Source of the DNA: Bacteroidota bacterium
GTDB lineage: Bacteria; Bacteroidota; Bacteroidia; Flavobacteriales; Flavobacteriaceae
NCBI GenBank assembly: GCA_027592025.1
Contig: JAQCIQ010000009.1
Location: forward strand, 14,376-78,375
Length of the DNA stretch: 64,000 bases
Reading direction: 5' to 3'
Part shown: positions 30,166-40,742 of the stretch, in pieces
Numbering within the stretch: the first letter of the stretch is position 1
How the letters are laid out: each line of letters begins with the position of its first letter
Program-made: the position numbers and the translations under genes
Notes under the pieces: model-generated
Database searches by the model: none
What the model was told of the DNA's origin: nothing
What the model saw: the letters and a program-made list of their open reading frames with translations, nothing else

Positions 30166-31094
30166 GACTTGATGTCCATCAATTCGACGTCAAAAACTAA
30201 AGTCGCATCAGGAGGAATAACACCTCCCGCACCTCTGGCACCATAACCTAGATCACTTGGAATGACGAATCTGGCTTTATCCCCAACATTCAATAAGGCA
30301 ACGCCTTCATCCCAGCCTCTAATGACTTGTCCTTGACCCAACAAAAAGTCAATGGGTTCATTGCGTTTGTATGATGAGTCAAAAACAGTACCATCTGCCA
30401 ATTGCCCTTTGTAATGAACCGATACAGTGTCTCCTGATTTTGCTTGCTTCCCAGTTCCCTTTTGAATGATCTGATAACGCAAACCAGAGGCTGTCTCTTC
30501 AAATCCTTTTGCCAATTGGTCCAATTCAGCCCGGCGCAGTTGTTTTTCGGCTTCGATTCGTTGGGCTCGTGATCCTTCAAAAGTCCTGAACGCTTCAACA
30601 GCATTAAATGCCTCGGCCTTCGCTCCTTTCCGCTCGATGGTAATGTTTTCGATTTTGTCGTTTTGAGTGATGCTATTTACCACATCCATCCCATTTACAA
30701 CTTTTCCAAAAACCGTGTGTTTGCCGTCTAGCCAAGGCGTATCGATATGGGTGATAAAAAACTGACTTCCATTGGTTCCTGGTCCAGCATTAGCCATGGA
30801 CAATACCCCTGGAGCGTCGTGCTTTAATTCTGGATGAAATTCATCGTCAAATTGGTAGCCAGGATTCCCAGTACCCGTGCCTAGTGGACAACCGCCTTGA
30901 ATCATAAAATCTGGAATTACCCGATGGAACTTAAGCCCATCGTAATAAGGTGTTCCTTGATTTTTGGCGGAATTTTCTAATTGACCTTCGGCTAAGGCCA
31001 CAAAATTACCTACTGTACCAGGAGTTTTTTCAAATTCTAAAGCAACTGAAATTTTACCTTTATTGGTATTGAAATGCGCTAATAGTTCAGACAT
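30162..31094 (-). CDS. Dual-family peptidyl-prolyl isomerase: N-terminal cyclophilin fused to C-terminal FKBP
   Basis: Cyclophilin pattern [13 protein letters not shown]...[17 protein letters not shown]...[11 protein letters not shown], a charged helical linker, then FKBP pattern [19 protein letters not shown]...VIRGWDEGV...IPSDLGYG...[13 protein letters not shown]. No signal peptide. Confidence 0.85.
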   Translation of the reverse strand: MSELLAHFNTNKGKISVALEFEKTPGTVGNFVALAEGQLENSAKNQGTPYYDGLKFHRVIPDFMIQGGCPLGTGTGNPGYQFDDEFHPELKHDAPGVLSMANAGPGTNGSQFFITHIDTPWLDGKHTVFGKVVNGMDVVNSITQNDKIENITIERKGAKAEAFNAVEAFRTFEGSRAQRIEAEKQLRRAELDQLAKGFEETASGLRYQIIQKGTGKQAKSGDTVSVHYKGQLADGTVFDSSYKRNEPIDFLLGQGQVIRGWDEGVALLNVGDKARFVIPSDLGYGARGAGGVIPPDATLVFDVELMDIKS

Positions 31095-31132
31095 AAAAAA
31101 AGTTTTGCGCGAAGATAAAAATTCGAAAGGGC

Positions 31133-33316
31133 TTAGTGGCCCAATTCGCTAATAAATTTCAATCTAAAAATGCGCAACTCTTCTGTGTCGTACTCTCCGT
31201 CGAATTCAGACACTGCTTCGTCAATTTCTTCTGACTCGGATTCCAAAAAGTAGGCTTCCAAATCCTCGATTTGTTCCTCGTCAAAAATTTCGTCTATGCA
31301 GTAATCGATATTGAGCTTAGTTCCCGAATTGACGATAGATTCCAATTCATTCAGAAAATCTTTCATATCCATTCCTTTGGCTTTAGCAATATCTTCGAAA
31401 GGCAGTTTGCGATCAATACTTTGAATAATGTACAATTTGAGCGCAGAATTGCTGCCAGTGGACTTTACAATGAAGTCTTGAGCACGTTCAATGTCGTTCT
31501 CTTCAACATATTTGGAAATCAGTGAAAGAAATTCGGCACCATATTTCTTGGCTTTACCTTCACCAACGCCATAAACTTGGGTTAGTTCATCCAATGTTAT
31601 GGGATACTTTATGGCCATATCTTCCAACGACGGATCCTGAAAAATGACATAGGGTGGTATTTCCTTTGTCTTAGCCATCTTCTTTCGCAAGTCTTTGAGC
31701 ATTTTTACCAGTACCTCATCACCTCCAGATTTGGTCTTGATTACTGAGTCAAAAAGTCCAGAACCATAATCCTGTGGTTCACTCATGACAAAGCCTGTTG
31801 GATTTTTCAAAAATGAATGGCCCTTTTGCGACAATTTGATGACACCATAGGTTTCGATGTCCTTATTAAGTAACCCTTCAATTAGCAGTTGCCTGATCAA
31901 AGCCGTCCAATAAAAATCAGCATGATTTTTACCCTTGCCAAAAAATGTTGTTTCGTGGATGCGGTGTGACTTGATCAAGGCATTTTCTTTACCTATAAGC
32001 ACGTTAACCAAATCCTTGAGTTTGTATTTTTCATTTGTTTGATTAACGACATCAATAACGAGTTCAGCTTCCTTACCAGCTTCAAGCATTTTTTTAGGAA
32101 ATCTGACATTGTCGTCCATATCTCCTCCAGCGCCAGTTTCATTGTTAAATTCTTCACCGAAATAATGCAGAATGAACTTGCGCCTCGAAATAGTCGTCTC
32201 GGCATAAGCTACCACTTCATTCAGTAATGCCATACCAATTTCCTGTTCAGAGACTGGCTTTCCCGACATGAATTTTTCTAGCTTCTCAATGTCTTGATAA
32301 CTATAAAAAGCCAAGCAATGGCCCTCTCCTCCGTCGCGACCTGCTCGACCCGTTTCTTGGTAATAGCTTTCAATACTTTTGGGCATGTCGTTGTGAATCA
32401 CAAATCTAACATCTGGCTTGTCAATCCCCATTCCAAAAGCAATAGTAGCGACTACAATGTCGGTATCCTCCATCAAGAACATGTCTTGATGTCTTGCTCT
32501 AGTTTTACCATCCAATCCCGCGTGATACGGCACTGCTTTGATGCCATTGACCTGAAGTACCTGAGCTAATTCTTCAACACGCTTGCGACTCAAACAATAG
32601 ACAATGCCTGACTTACCTTCGTTCTGTTTGATGAATCGTATGATGTCCGCGTCTACATTTTTAGTTTTAGGCCTTACTTCATAGTACATATTGGGACGGT
32701 TAAAAGAGTCCTTAAAAACAATGGCATCTTGAATGTTCAAATTCTTTACAATGTCTTGTTGCACTTTTGGAGTAGCAGTAGCTGTAACTGCAATTATTGG
32801 CACATTGATAGCAATTTGGTCAATGATATGTCTCAAATTTCTGTATTCGGGACGGAAATCGTGACCCCATTCGCTGATGCAATGGGCTTCGTCAATGGCC
32901 AAAAAAGAAATTTTGACAGACTTCAAAAACTCTATATTTTCTTCTTTTGACAACGATTCTGGGGCGACATAGAGCAGTTTGGTGATGCCATTTACAATAT
33001 CCTCTTTAACAATTTTAATTTCAGTCTTGTTCAAAGACGAATTGATAACATGTGCCACTCCCTCTTCGTTTGAAATTCCTCTGAGCGCGTCAACTTGATT
33101 TTTCATTAATGCAATCAAGGGAGAAACCACAATAGCAGTGCCTTCTTGTATTAGAGCAGGCATTTGATAGCACAGCGATTTGCCTCCTCCAGTGGGCATG
33201 ATTGCGAAGACATCCTTTTTATCCATCAAACTTTTAACGACTTCCAGCTGCATGCCTTTGAAGGCATCAAATCCAAAATAGCGCTTGAGCGCTTTTAATA
33301 ATAATTCTTCAGTCAT
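31133..33316 (-). CDS. recQ: ATP-dependent DNA helicase RecQ
   Basis: [30 protein letters not shown] and [12 protein letters not shown], plus C-terminal RQC/HRDC-like regions, 727 aa. Confidence 0.9.
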   Translation of the reverse strand: MTEELLLKALKRYFGFDAFKGMQLEVVKSLMDKKDVFAIMPTGGGKSLCYQMPALIQEGTAIVVSPLIALMKNQVDALRGISNEEGVAHVINSSLNKTEIKIVKEDIVNGITKLLYVAPESLSKEENIEFLKSVKISFLAIDEAHCISEWGHDFRPEYRNLRHIIDQIAINVPIIAVTATATPKVQQDIVKNLNIQDAIVFKDSFNRPNMYYEVRPKTKNVDADIIRFIKQNEGKSGIVYCLSRKRVEELAQVLQVNGIKAVPYHAGLDGKTRARHQDMFLMEDTDIVVATIAFGMGIDKPDVRFVIHNDMPKSIESYYQETGRAGRDGGEGHCLAFYSYQDIEKLEKFMSGKPVSEQEIGMALLNEVVAYAETTISRRKFILHYFGEEFNNETGAGGDMDDNVRFPKKMLEAGKEAELVIDVVNQTNEKYKLKDLVNVLIGKENALIKSHRIHETTFFGKGKNHADFYWTALIRQLLIEGLLNKDIETYGVIKLSQKGHSFLKNPTGFVMSEPQDYGSGLFDSVIKTKSGGDEVLVKMLKDLRKKMAKTKEIPPYVIFQDPSLEDMAIKYPITLDELTQVYGVGEGKAKKYGAEFLSLISKYVEENDIERAQDFIVKSTGSNSALKLYIIQSIDRKLPFEDIAKAKGMDMKDFLNELESIVNSGTKLNIDYCIDEIFDEEQIEDLEAYFLESESEEIDEAVSEFDGEYDTEELRIFRLKFISELGH

Positions 33317-33451
33317 TTAAACTTCTGTTTGATGTATTCTGGTAATTAAAAGATGTAAGACCACACCAACTGATGCGAAAGGAATGGTAAAAGAATGCAT
33401 TTTTTTTGTTCTTTTGTATCACTATTCTAAAAGTACTACTTTTTGATAGAA

Positions 33452-34444
33452 ATGATTCATCAAAATACAAAAAAGTTGGACAATAATCACCGCATTCTAG
33501 AATTCGCAAAAAAAACATTAGAGCTTGAAGGTCAATCTGTTCTGCAACTCATTAATTATTTGGATGACAATTTTTCGAAAGCGGTTGATCTTATCTACCA
33601 TTCTAAAGGTCGAGTCATTGTCACGGGAGTGGGTAAAAGTGCAATTATAGCCAATAAAATTGTGGCGACATTTAACTCAACAGGAACCCCTGCCATTTTT
33701 ATGCATGCCGCCGATGCCATTCATGGCGATCTGGGATTGGTTCAAGATGACGACATAGTGCTTTGTATTTCTAAAAGTGGTGACACTCCAGAAATCAAGG
33801 TTTTGATTCCATTCATCAAAAGCAACCACAATACTTTGATCGGAATGACTGGCAATCCTAAATCTTTCCTCGGCACTCAAAGTGACTTTGTTCTCAGAAC
33901 AACCGTCCAAAAGGAAGCTTGTCCTAATGATCTTGCACCTACCACTAGCACAACTGCGCAATTGGCAATGGGCGACGCCGTTGCTGTATCACTCCTTCAG
34001 TTGCGCTCATTTACCAGCACCGATTTCGCCAAATACCATCCTGGGGGTGCTTTGGGCAAAAAACTGTATTTGAGGGTAGGTGATCTTTCCTCTCAAAATG
34101 AAGTTCCAGCAGTTTCACCTCAAACCAAGCTCAAGGATATCATTTTAGAAATTACCGATAAACGACTTGGACTAACTGCGGTATTGGATGGTAATGAATT
34201 GCAAGGAATAATTACTGACGGAGATTTGAGACGGATGCTTCACAACAACCCCGATTTGAATCAGGTAATGGCCGTGGACATCATGACCAAGAATCCTAAG
34301 ACCATAGCGGAATCCGAAATGGCCTTTGCCGCAAAAGACCTCATGGAAAACTTTGGAATTTCTCAACTCATTGTGGTGAACGAGAAAGGCATATATTGTG
34401 GAGTCCTTCACATGCATGACCTCATCAGAGAAGGCTTGATCTAA
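33452..34444 (+). CDS. kpsF: Arabinose-5-phosphate isomerase (KpsF/GutQ/KdsD family)
   Basis: SIS domain (VTGVGKSAIIANK...ISKSGDTPE) plus a tandem CBS pair. First ATG at 33452; the track start is TTG. Confidence 0.85.
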   Translation: MIHQNTKKLDNNHRILEFAKKTLELEGQSVLQLINYLDDNFSKAVDLIYHSKGRVIVTGVGKSAIIANKIVATFNSTGTPAIFMHAADAIHGDLGLVQDDDIVLCISKSGDTPEIKVLIPFIKSNHNTLIGMTGNPKSFLGTQSDFVLRTTVQKEACPNDLAPTTSTTAQLAMGDAVAVSLLQLRSFTSTDFAKYHPGGALGKKLYLRVGDLSSQNEVPAVSPQTKLKDIILEITDKRLGLTAVLDGNELQGIITDGDLRRMLHNNPDLNQVMAVDIMTKNPKTIAESEMAFAAKDLMENFGISQLIVVNEKGIYCGVLHMHDLIREGLI

Positions 34445-34455
34445 CAAGGAGAATT

Positions 34456-35262
34456 ATGGCAAGTCAAAACATGTCTTTTTTAGATCATTTAGAGGTATTG
34501 CGATGGCACATCATCAGAATAATTATTGCCGTAAGTATTTCAGGTCTGGTGGCATTTCTTTTTAAGGAATTTATTTTTGACACCATTATATTTGGTCCCA
34601 AGCAAATCAATTTTCCAACCTACCGGCTGTTATGTAAAGTAGCTAATTTTTTTGGAGTTGACAGTGAATTCTGTGGCGGCGAACTACCCTTCACCATTCA
34701 GAGCAGAACCATGTCTGGACAGTTTTCGGCACACTTGTGGACTTCTATTTGGGCGGGGTTCGTGGTTGCCTTTCCTTACGTAATTTTTGAAATCTGGCGA
34801 TTCATTAGTCCTGGGTTACATCCAAATGAACGCCGTCATGCTCGGGGTTTTATTTTTGGAGCATCACTACTTTTCTTTCTAGGAGTATTGTTCGGTTACT
34901 ACGTTGTTTGTCCATTGTCTATTAATTTTTTAGGAACCTATCAAGTCTCTTCTCAGGTGCTCAATGAGTTTGATCTCAGCTCCTACATCGCTCTAGTAAG
35001 ATCATCTTGTTTGGCCTGTGGATTTATTTTCGAACTCCCAATTGTGATTTACTTTTTAACCAAGATTGGATTGGTAACTCCAGACTTTTTGAAGAAATAC
35101 AGAAAATACGCCTTGATTATTGTTCTTATCATCGCTGCTGTTATTACACCTCCTGACGTAACAAGCCAAATAATTGTGACGATACCTGTAATGATTTTGT
35201 ATCAGTTCAGTATCTTTTTATCAAGAATAACCTACAAAAGAAACAAGAGAAAAAATGAGTGA
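34456..35262 (+). CDS. tatC: Twin-arginine translocase subunit TatC
   Basis: MSFLDHLEVLRWHIIR, six TM spans and PPDVTSQ, 268 aa. Confidence 0.9.
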   Translation: MASQNMSFLDHLEVLRWHIIRIIIAVSISGLVAFLFKEFIFDTIIFGPKQINFPTYRLLCKVANFFGVDSEFCGGELPFTIQSRTMSGQFSAHLWTSIWAGFVVAFPYVIFEIWRFISPGLHPNERRHARGFIFGASLLFFLGVLFGYYVVCPLSINFLGTYQVSSQVLNEFDLSSYIALVRSSCLACGFIFELPIVIYFLTKIGLVTPDFLKKYRKYALIIVLIIAAVITPPDVTSQIIVTIPVMILYQFSIFLSRITYKRNKRKNE

Positions 35263-35611
35263 TTTGGTCAACGATTTTAACGCTTATCGCGAGCGAATGA
35301 ATGCCGAAATATTGGCAGATAACAACAAGATTATCAAAAGGATTTTCAACTTAGACACCAATGCTTATGCTGAGGGAGCTCTGGATGTCAAAACCAAAGA
35401 ATTGCTTGGGCTAGTTGCTTCGACTGTATTGCGCTGCGACGATTGCATCAAGTATCATCTTTCCACTTCCTACGAGTTAGGATTGAGCAAAGAGCAAGTT
35501 GTCGAAGCCTTGGGAATTGCTACTCTTGTTGGAGGAACCATTGTCATTCCACACTTGCGCAAAGCCTACGAATTTTGGGATGCTCTTGAAGCGCAACAGC
35601 TTGAAAAATAA
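35255..35611 (+). CDS. Carboxymuconolactone decarboxylase (AhpD-like) family protein
   Basis: [22 protein letters not shown] (CxxC..H motif of the CMD/AhpD fold). It overlaps the tatC stop by 8 nt. Confidence 0.75.
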   Translation: MSDLVNDFNAYRERMNAEILADNNKIIKRIFNLDTNAYAEGALDVKTKELLGLVASTVLRCDDCIKYHLSTSYELGLSKEQVVEALGIATLVGGTIVIPHLRKAYEFWDALEAQQLEK

Positions 35612-35643
35612 ATCCGTATTTTAGCCATTCAATAATTTCATAC

Positions 35644-36384
35644 ATGAAGCTTCACGCAACACAATTGATGAAATCCTACAGCGGCCGCAAGGTGGTTAAA
35701 GATGTGTCTTTGGAGGTGAATCAGGGAGAGATTGTTGGATTATTAGGTCCCAATGGTGCAGGAAAAACAACAAGTTTTTACATGATTGTTGGCCTCATCC
35801 GACCCAATGGTGGTCAAATTTTTATTGATGACACCAATATCACCTCTTTCCCAATGTACAAAAGAGCCCAGATAGGGATTGGTTATCTGGCGCAAGAAGC
35901 GTCAGTATTCAGAAAACTGAGTGTTGAAGACAACATTCTCAGCGTACTGCAATTGACCACTTTGTCTAAGAAAGAACAACAAGAGAAAGTAGAAGTACTG
36001 TTGGACGAATTTGGATTAAACCACATTCGAAAAAATCGTGGAGATTTATTGTCTGGTGGAGAGCGCCGTCGAACCGAAATCGCGCGAGCCCTTGCTACCG
36101 ATCCAAAATTTATTCTTCTCGATGAACCATTTGCTGGAGTTGACCCGGTAGCAGTCGAAGACATTCAGCGCATCGTTGCCCAATTGACCAAAAAGAACAT
36201 CGGCATTCTCATTACCGACCACAATGTTCAAGAAACCTTGGCAATCACTGATAGAACTTATTTGATGTTCGAAGGCAGTATTCTAAAATACGGCAAACCA
36301 GAAGAATTAGCCGAAGACGAAACAGTCAGAAGGATTTATTTGGGTCAAAACTTCGAGCTGAGAAAAAAGAGATTAGAGTTTTAA
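35644..36384 (+). CDS. lptB: LPS export ABC transporter ATP-binding protein
   Basis: [35 protein letters not shown] and [12 protein letters not shown], 246 aa. Confidence 0.85.
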   Translation: MKLHATQLMKSYSGRKVVKDVSLEVNQGEIVGLLGPNGAGKTTSFYMIVGLIRPNGGQIFIDDTNITSFPMYKRAQIGIGYLAQEASVFRKLSVEDNILSVLQLTTLSKKEQQEKVEVLLDEFGLNHIRKNRGDLLSGGERRRTEIARALATDPKFILLDEPFAGVDPVAVEDIQRIVAQLTKKNIGILITDHNVQETLAITDRTYLMFEGSILKYGKPEELAEDETVRRIYLGQNFELRKKRLEF

Positions 36385-36387
36385 GAC

Positions 36388-37158
36388 CTAATTTTCGTTC
36401 TGTCTTTCCTCGATCAGCTTCTTTTGATATCTCCCTTGTACGATATCGATCAGAATCAAAATACCTATGATGAAATAAAAGGTGGTTTTACTCATGGCTT
36501 CTATGGGATTTCCAAACAACTTCAAATGGGCCAAATGACCACCTTCAGTGACTAACATGATACCAACAATAAACAAAATAAACAGCCCTAGCACCTCATA
36601 CATTCGATTGCGTTCCAAGAAGCTTGAAACTCTGTCTGACAACCACATCATCATCAGACCACCTACCACTATTGCCACAGCCATGACCCAAAAGACTTTA
36701 GTCAATGCCATAGCACTCAAAATGGAATCAAAGGAAAATACCAAGTTCATTACTGTGATCAATACCGTAACCTTCAAAACACTACTCGATTTGATTTCTT
36801 GTTGCTCGGATCGATTTGCGTTAAATCCGACCATGTGCCAAATTTCTTTCATGGCAGTATAGACAATAAACACTCCCCCAGCCAAAACTATTAGACTGTG
36901 GAAATTGACTGTCGCCTCCACTATCCCTTCATTTTTAATTTGAGCAAAAGGATCTTGAAAGTACTGAATCAAATTGAGAAGAGCGAAAAGCAACAGTATG
37001 CGCAAGCCAATCGCTATCAAAATGCCATTGCGTCTTACTCTTTTTTGATGCTCCTTTGGGGCTCTCTTCGATTCCAAAGAGATGTATAGCAAATTGTCAA
37101 ATCCCAATACTGCTTGCAGCATGATGAGCATGACAAGCGTAAAAATATTTTCAATCAT
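36388..37158 (-). CDS. TerC family integral membrane protein
   Basis: Polytopic protein with LQAVLGFDNLLYISL and VFSFDSILSA (the paired TerC motifs). Confidence 0.8.
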   Translation of the reverse strand: MIENIFTLVMLIMLQAVLGFDNLLYISLESKRAPKEHQKRVRRNGILIAIGLRILLLFALLNLIQYFQDPFAQIKNEGIVEATVNFHSLIVLAGGVFIVYTAMKEIWHMVGFNANRSEQQEIKSSSVLKVTVLITVMNLVFSFDSILSAMALTKVFWVMAVAIVVGGLMMMWLSDRVSSFLERNRMYEVLGLFILFIVGIMLVTEGGHLAHLKLFGNPIEAMSKTTFYFIIGILILIDIVQGRYQKKLIEERQNEN

Positions 37159-37862
37159 CTGGGGTAAAATTTAACTAAGGATATGAGGATGTGAGTAAAA
37201 ACGATCAGAGGCAAAGCCGCAAATTTTAAGGTGATCAAAAACACCACAGACAATACAACAAGAATAATTTGTGGAGACAATTCTTTCCAATTGGAGCCAC
37301 TAAATTTCATGGACATGATTCGAATGGGTAAATTCATCAAAACTACTGACAAGATTGCTAAGCCAATTAACCAGGCGGGATTAAGAATCAACGTATTCAT
37401 AGCATCGCTGCCTTGATATGCCATAATGAGTGGGAGAGATACAATCAAAATTGCATTGGCTGGAGTCGGTAATCCAATAAAATCATCCTGAGAGGGAAGT
37501 ACATTAAATTTGGCCAAGCGAAATGCAGCACCAAGTGTAATTATAAATCCCAAGTATGGCAGAAATTCAGCCAAACTGCTGTCTGAGGGGATCGACGTCA
37601 CAGACATTTGTAACAATTTAAAAATCATCAGGCCCGGAACAACGCCAAAGGTGACTATATCTGCCAAGGAGTCCAATTCTTTCCCCAGCGGTCCTTGAAC
37701 CTTCAAGGCACGAGCAACCAATCCATCAAAAAAATCGAAAACCATGCCCACCAAAACAGCTATTGAGGCCCATTCCAAATGATGTTCGAAAATTAAAACT
37801 ATTGCAATGCATCCCGAGAGCAGATTCGATAGGGTCAACAGGTTGGGTATGGACGATTTCAT
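37155..37862 (-). CDS. pssA: CDP-diacylglycerol--serine O-phosphatidyltransferase
   Basis: CDP-alcohol phosphatidyltransferase motif DFFDGLVARALKVQGPLGKELDSLADIVTFG. ATGA overlap with the TerC start. Confidence 0.8.
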   Translation of the reverse strand: MKSSIPNLLTLSNLLSGCIAIVLIFEHHLEWASIAVLVGMVFDFFDGLVARALKVQGPLGKELDSLADIVTFGVVPGLMIFKLLQMSVTSIPSDSSLAEFLPYLGFIITLGAAFRLAKFNVLPSQDDFIGLPTPANAILIVSLPLIMAYQGSDAMNTLILNPAWLIGLAILSVVLMNLPIRIMSMKFSGSNWKELSPQIILVVLSVVFLITLKFAALPLIVFTHILISLVKFYPR

Positions 37863-37983
37863 AACACTTTTTTAGCGTTTAAATATACTAAACTAAAAAG
37901 GAAATAAGACGTCTGTAAACAATATTGAGACCCAATTGGAGTTTGAATTGTCACAATCCCGACCAAATGATTTTGACAAAATT

Positions 37984-39081
37984 ATGTGCATCTTTGTAAA
38001 AACATCTGACTTGAACAAGCTTCTTTGTGCTTTATTATTCGGGATTGGAACTTTGGCCATGTCCCAGTCAGCTCCCAAATACTCCAATGAATTTTTGAAT
38101 ATTGGCGTGGATGCTGCAGCTCTTGGCAGCTCCAACGCTGTGGTCGCGCGTTCCAACGATGTCAATGCCAGCTATTGGAATCCCGCTGGTCTCACAGAGG
38201 TAGAAGACCGAGAACTATCCCTGATGCATGCCAGCTATTTCGCCAACATTGCAAACTATAATTTTATTGGCTATGCTATGAAAATTGATGACAAGAGCGC
38301 TGCTGCGGCCAGTCTGATTCGATTTGGAGTAGATGATATTTTGGACACCACCCAGCTCATTGACGATCAAGGTCAAATTAACTACAACCGTATTTCATTA
38401 TTTTCGGCAGCAGACTATGCCCTCACTCTTTCTTATGGGCGTAAAGATGTTCTAAAAACTTTTGATTACGGCGTAAATGCAAAAATCATTAGGCGAATTA
38501 TTGGAGATTTTGCCTCGTCTTGGGGTTTTGGTTTTGACCTTGGTGTCCGAGCAACCTCAAAGGGAGGTTGGCAGTTCGGCATTATGGCCAGAGACATTAC
38601 TACAACGGTAAATGTTTGGAGCTTTGATGAGGCGAAATTGGCGGACATTCAAAATGCTATTGAGGGTCAAAACCAATCTGTTCCGAGGTCAACAGAGATT
38701 ACAGCACCAAAGCTGCAAATGGGCGTAGCCAAAACTTTCTTGTTTGGGTATGATTATGAACTTCAAACCGAACTAGATATGATCGTAAGGTTTGAACAAA
38801 ACAACGATTTAATTTCCACAAAAGCCGCCAGCATGACTCCTGCACTTGGCCTTCAACTGGGTTATCAAGATTTGGTTTTTGTCAGAGCTGGAGCAGGCAA
38901 CTTTCAATACGAAACGTCACTAGATCGTCAAGAAAATCTCAGCTTCCAACCAAACATAGGTCTGGGATTCAAATATCGAGGAATTGAAATAGACTATGCT
39001 CTTACTGACATTGGCGATCAGAGTATCGCACTCTATTCAAATATATTTTCGCTCAAGCTAGATTTTGGTACTTTTAAATAA
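37984..39081 (+). CDS. PorV/PorQ-family outer-membrane beta-barrel (T9SS-associated family)
   Basis: Signal peptide, then FLNIGVDAAALGSSNAVVARSNDVNASYWNPAGL, the N-terminal signature I recall for PorV/PorQ/FadL-like proteins. C-terminal ...FSLKLDFGTFK. ATG at 37984; the track start is TTG. Confidence 0.5.
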   Translation: MCIFVKTSDLNKLLCALLFGIGTLAMSQSAPKYSNEFLNIGVDAAALGSSNAVVARSNDVNASYWNPAGLTEVEDRELSLMHASYFANIANYNFIGYAMKIDDKSAAAASLIRFGVDDILDTTQLIDDQGQINYNRISLFSAADYALTLSYGRKDVLKTFDYGVNAKIIRRIIGDFASSWGFGFDLGVRATSKGGWQFGIMARDITTTVNVWSFDEAKLADIQNAIEGQNQSVPRSTEITAPKLQMGVAKTFLFGYDYELQTELDMIVRFEQNNDLISTKAASMTPALGLQLGYQDLVFVRAGAGNFQYETSLDRQENLSFQPNIGLGFKYRGIEIDYALTDIGDQSIALYSNIFSLKLDFGTFK

Positions 39082-39090
39082 ATTTGACAC

Positions 39091-40248
39091 ATGAAAAAAA
39101 TTGTACTCGCCATCCTCTTGTGTTCCAACTTTTATGCCTCTGCACAGATTTTATCCCATTATTCAGATATCAGCATTTTAACCGTTGGCCCTGGCGATAA
39201 CCTCAACGATTCCTTTGGTCACAGCGCCATTCGTGTGAAGGATTATGTGATGAACTACGACATTGTTTTCGACTACGGGAGATACGATTTTAACTCACCC
39301 AACTTTTATCTGAAATTTGCTCGTGGTCAACTTGACTATCAACTCGGAGTCTCCTATTTCGATGATTTTTTCGACATCTACCTCCGTCAAGGCAGATCCA
39401 TTGACAGTCAAACCTTGGATTTGACTCAAGAGGAAAAACAACAGATTTTCTCTTATCTGTTGACCAACAATCTTCCCGAAAACCGCGCTTACCGTTACGA
39501 TTTTTTTTATGATAATTGTGCCAACAGAATACCATTGGTCCTAGAAGAATCGCTTACCGATTCGCTATCTTATCAATATCCTAAAGAATTTAAAATCAAA
39601 ACTTTCAGGGATTTGATTTACGAATGTGTGGACAAAAATAGCTGGGGTAGTTTTGGTATTGACTTGGCTCTTGGATCTGTTATTGACAAACCGACCTCCT
39701 TGGAAGATCAGCTGTTTCTGCCGAAATATGTTCGTTCTTATTTCGAAAACGCGCAACGAAAAGGGGGTAAAAAATTGATCAAAAAGAGTGAAAATCTTTT
39801 AGAGGAAAAGCCGGTTGAAAAGGAATATAGCCTGGCCAATCCAATGACTGTTTTGACCAGTTTTAGTTTGATTTTATTGGTTTTAACTATTGTGGATTGG
39901 AAACGGCAAAAACGTTTCAAGTGGTTGGATGTGATGCTCTTTTTAACGACTGGCTTACTCGGTGTTTTGGTTTTACTACTTTGGTTTGCAACTGATCATA
40001 CCGCCACAGCTTTTAACTACAATTTCCTTTGGGCTTTTGCTCCAAATGTTTTGATGTTTGTTGCCATTTCAAGATCTCAGTTGGCGACATGGATGAAAGG
40101 CTATTTGAAATTTTTATTGCTTTTGATGGCCCTTATGGTTTTGCATGCGATCACTAAGGTTCAAGTCTTTTCTTGGGCCCTATTCCCTTTTTGCTTAGCC
40201 TTAGCGTTCAGATACTTCTTTCTGCTTCGCCAATTCAAAAAAGCATAA
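39091..40248 (+). CDS. DUF4105 (Lnb N-terminal periplasmic domain) protein with a C-terminal multi-TM region
   Basis: Signal peptide, then ILTVGPGDNLNDSFGHSAIRV...YDFNSPNFYLKFARG (DUF4105 pattern from memory). Residues ~250-385 hold four or five hydrophobic spans. Confidence 0.55.
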   Translation: MKKIVLAILLCSNFYASAQILSHYSDISILTVGPGDNLNDSFGHSAIRVKDYVMNYDIVFDYGRYDFNSPNFYLKFARGQLDYQLGVSYFDDFFDIYLRQGRSIDSQTLDLTQEEKQQIFSYLLTNNLPENRAYRYDFFYDNCANRIPLVLEESLTDSLSYQYPKEFKIKTFRDLIYECVDKNSWGSFGIDLALGSVIDKPTSLEDQLFLPKYVRSYFENAQRKGGKKLIKKSENLLEEKPVEKEYSLANPMTVLTSFSLILLVLTIVDWKRQKRFKWLDVMLFLTTGLLGVLVLLLWFATDHTATAFNYNFLWAFAPNVLMFVAISRSQLATWMKGYLKFLLLLMALMVLHAITKVQVFSWALFPFCLALAFRYFFLLRQFKKA

Positions 40249-40255
40249 TACAGCC

Positions 40256-40705
40256 ATGACCAACCTCTGTTTTCAAACGAAGGCTTATTGGAATTTTCTA
40301 TTAAAATCAAAAACCAAATACCGGATTCACTCACCCTTTGTTTACAAATTGGTAACTCAATGTTTGGAAAACCCAAGAGGATTCAAAAAACTGTCTGCCA
40401 CAAATCAAATGTTCCAGTTAAAAAATTATCTTCTTAAGTCCAATTCCCGAGAAAGCGAAGTTATAGAAGGCCTTATTTTGGAATCAATGGACGATTTTCA
40501 AGTCATAAATGATTTTATCCAAAACAGTTCTGAGGTAAGCTTTTTATTGATCAAAAAGCCGCACGAAAATCAAACCAAGGAAAAACTTTGGAAACGTTTA
40601 AAAACCAGCCATCAATTGAACGTGAGCATAGACTTGTTCTTTGTTGGAATACTCTTTAAGCGACCTCAACAAGTGGAGGAACATTTCCGTATACGATTGC
40701 TCTAA
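40256..40705 (+). CDS. Hypothetical protein, possibly an internally deleted methyltransferase-like relic
   Basis: The N-terminus FLLKSKTKYRIHSPFVYKLVTQC and C-terminus VSIDLFFVGILFKRPQQVEEHFRIRLL resemble the ends of a ~230-aa flavobacterial class I methyltransferase-like family. No glycine-rich SAM motif is present. Confidence 0.35.
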   Translation: MTNLCFQTKAYWNFLLKSKTKYRIHSPFVYKLVTQCLENPRGFKKLSATNQMFQLKNYLLKSNSRESEVIEGLILESMDDFQVINDFIQNSSEVSFLLIKKPHENQTKEKLWKRLKTSHQLNVSIDLFFVGILFKRPQQVEEHFRIRLL

Positions 40706-40742
40706 CATCGAATTGATTTTTTTAACTTGCCCCTAAATAATA

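Noticed and set aside
33309-33518. A 69-aa minus-strand ORF in the recQ/kpsF divergent region.
   Set aside because: It overlaps the kpsF N-terminus and AT-rich promoter DNA. Its composition is Phe/Ser/Leu-rich, and it looks like spurious read-through.
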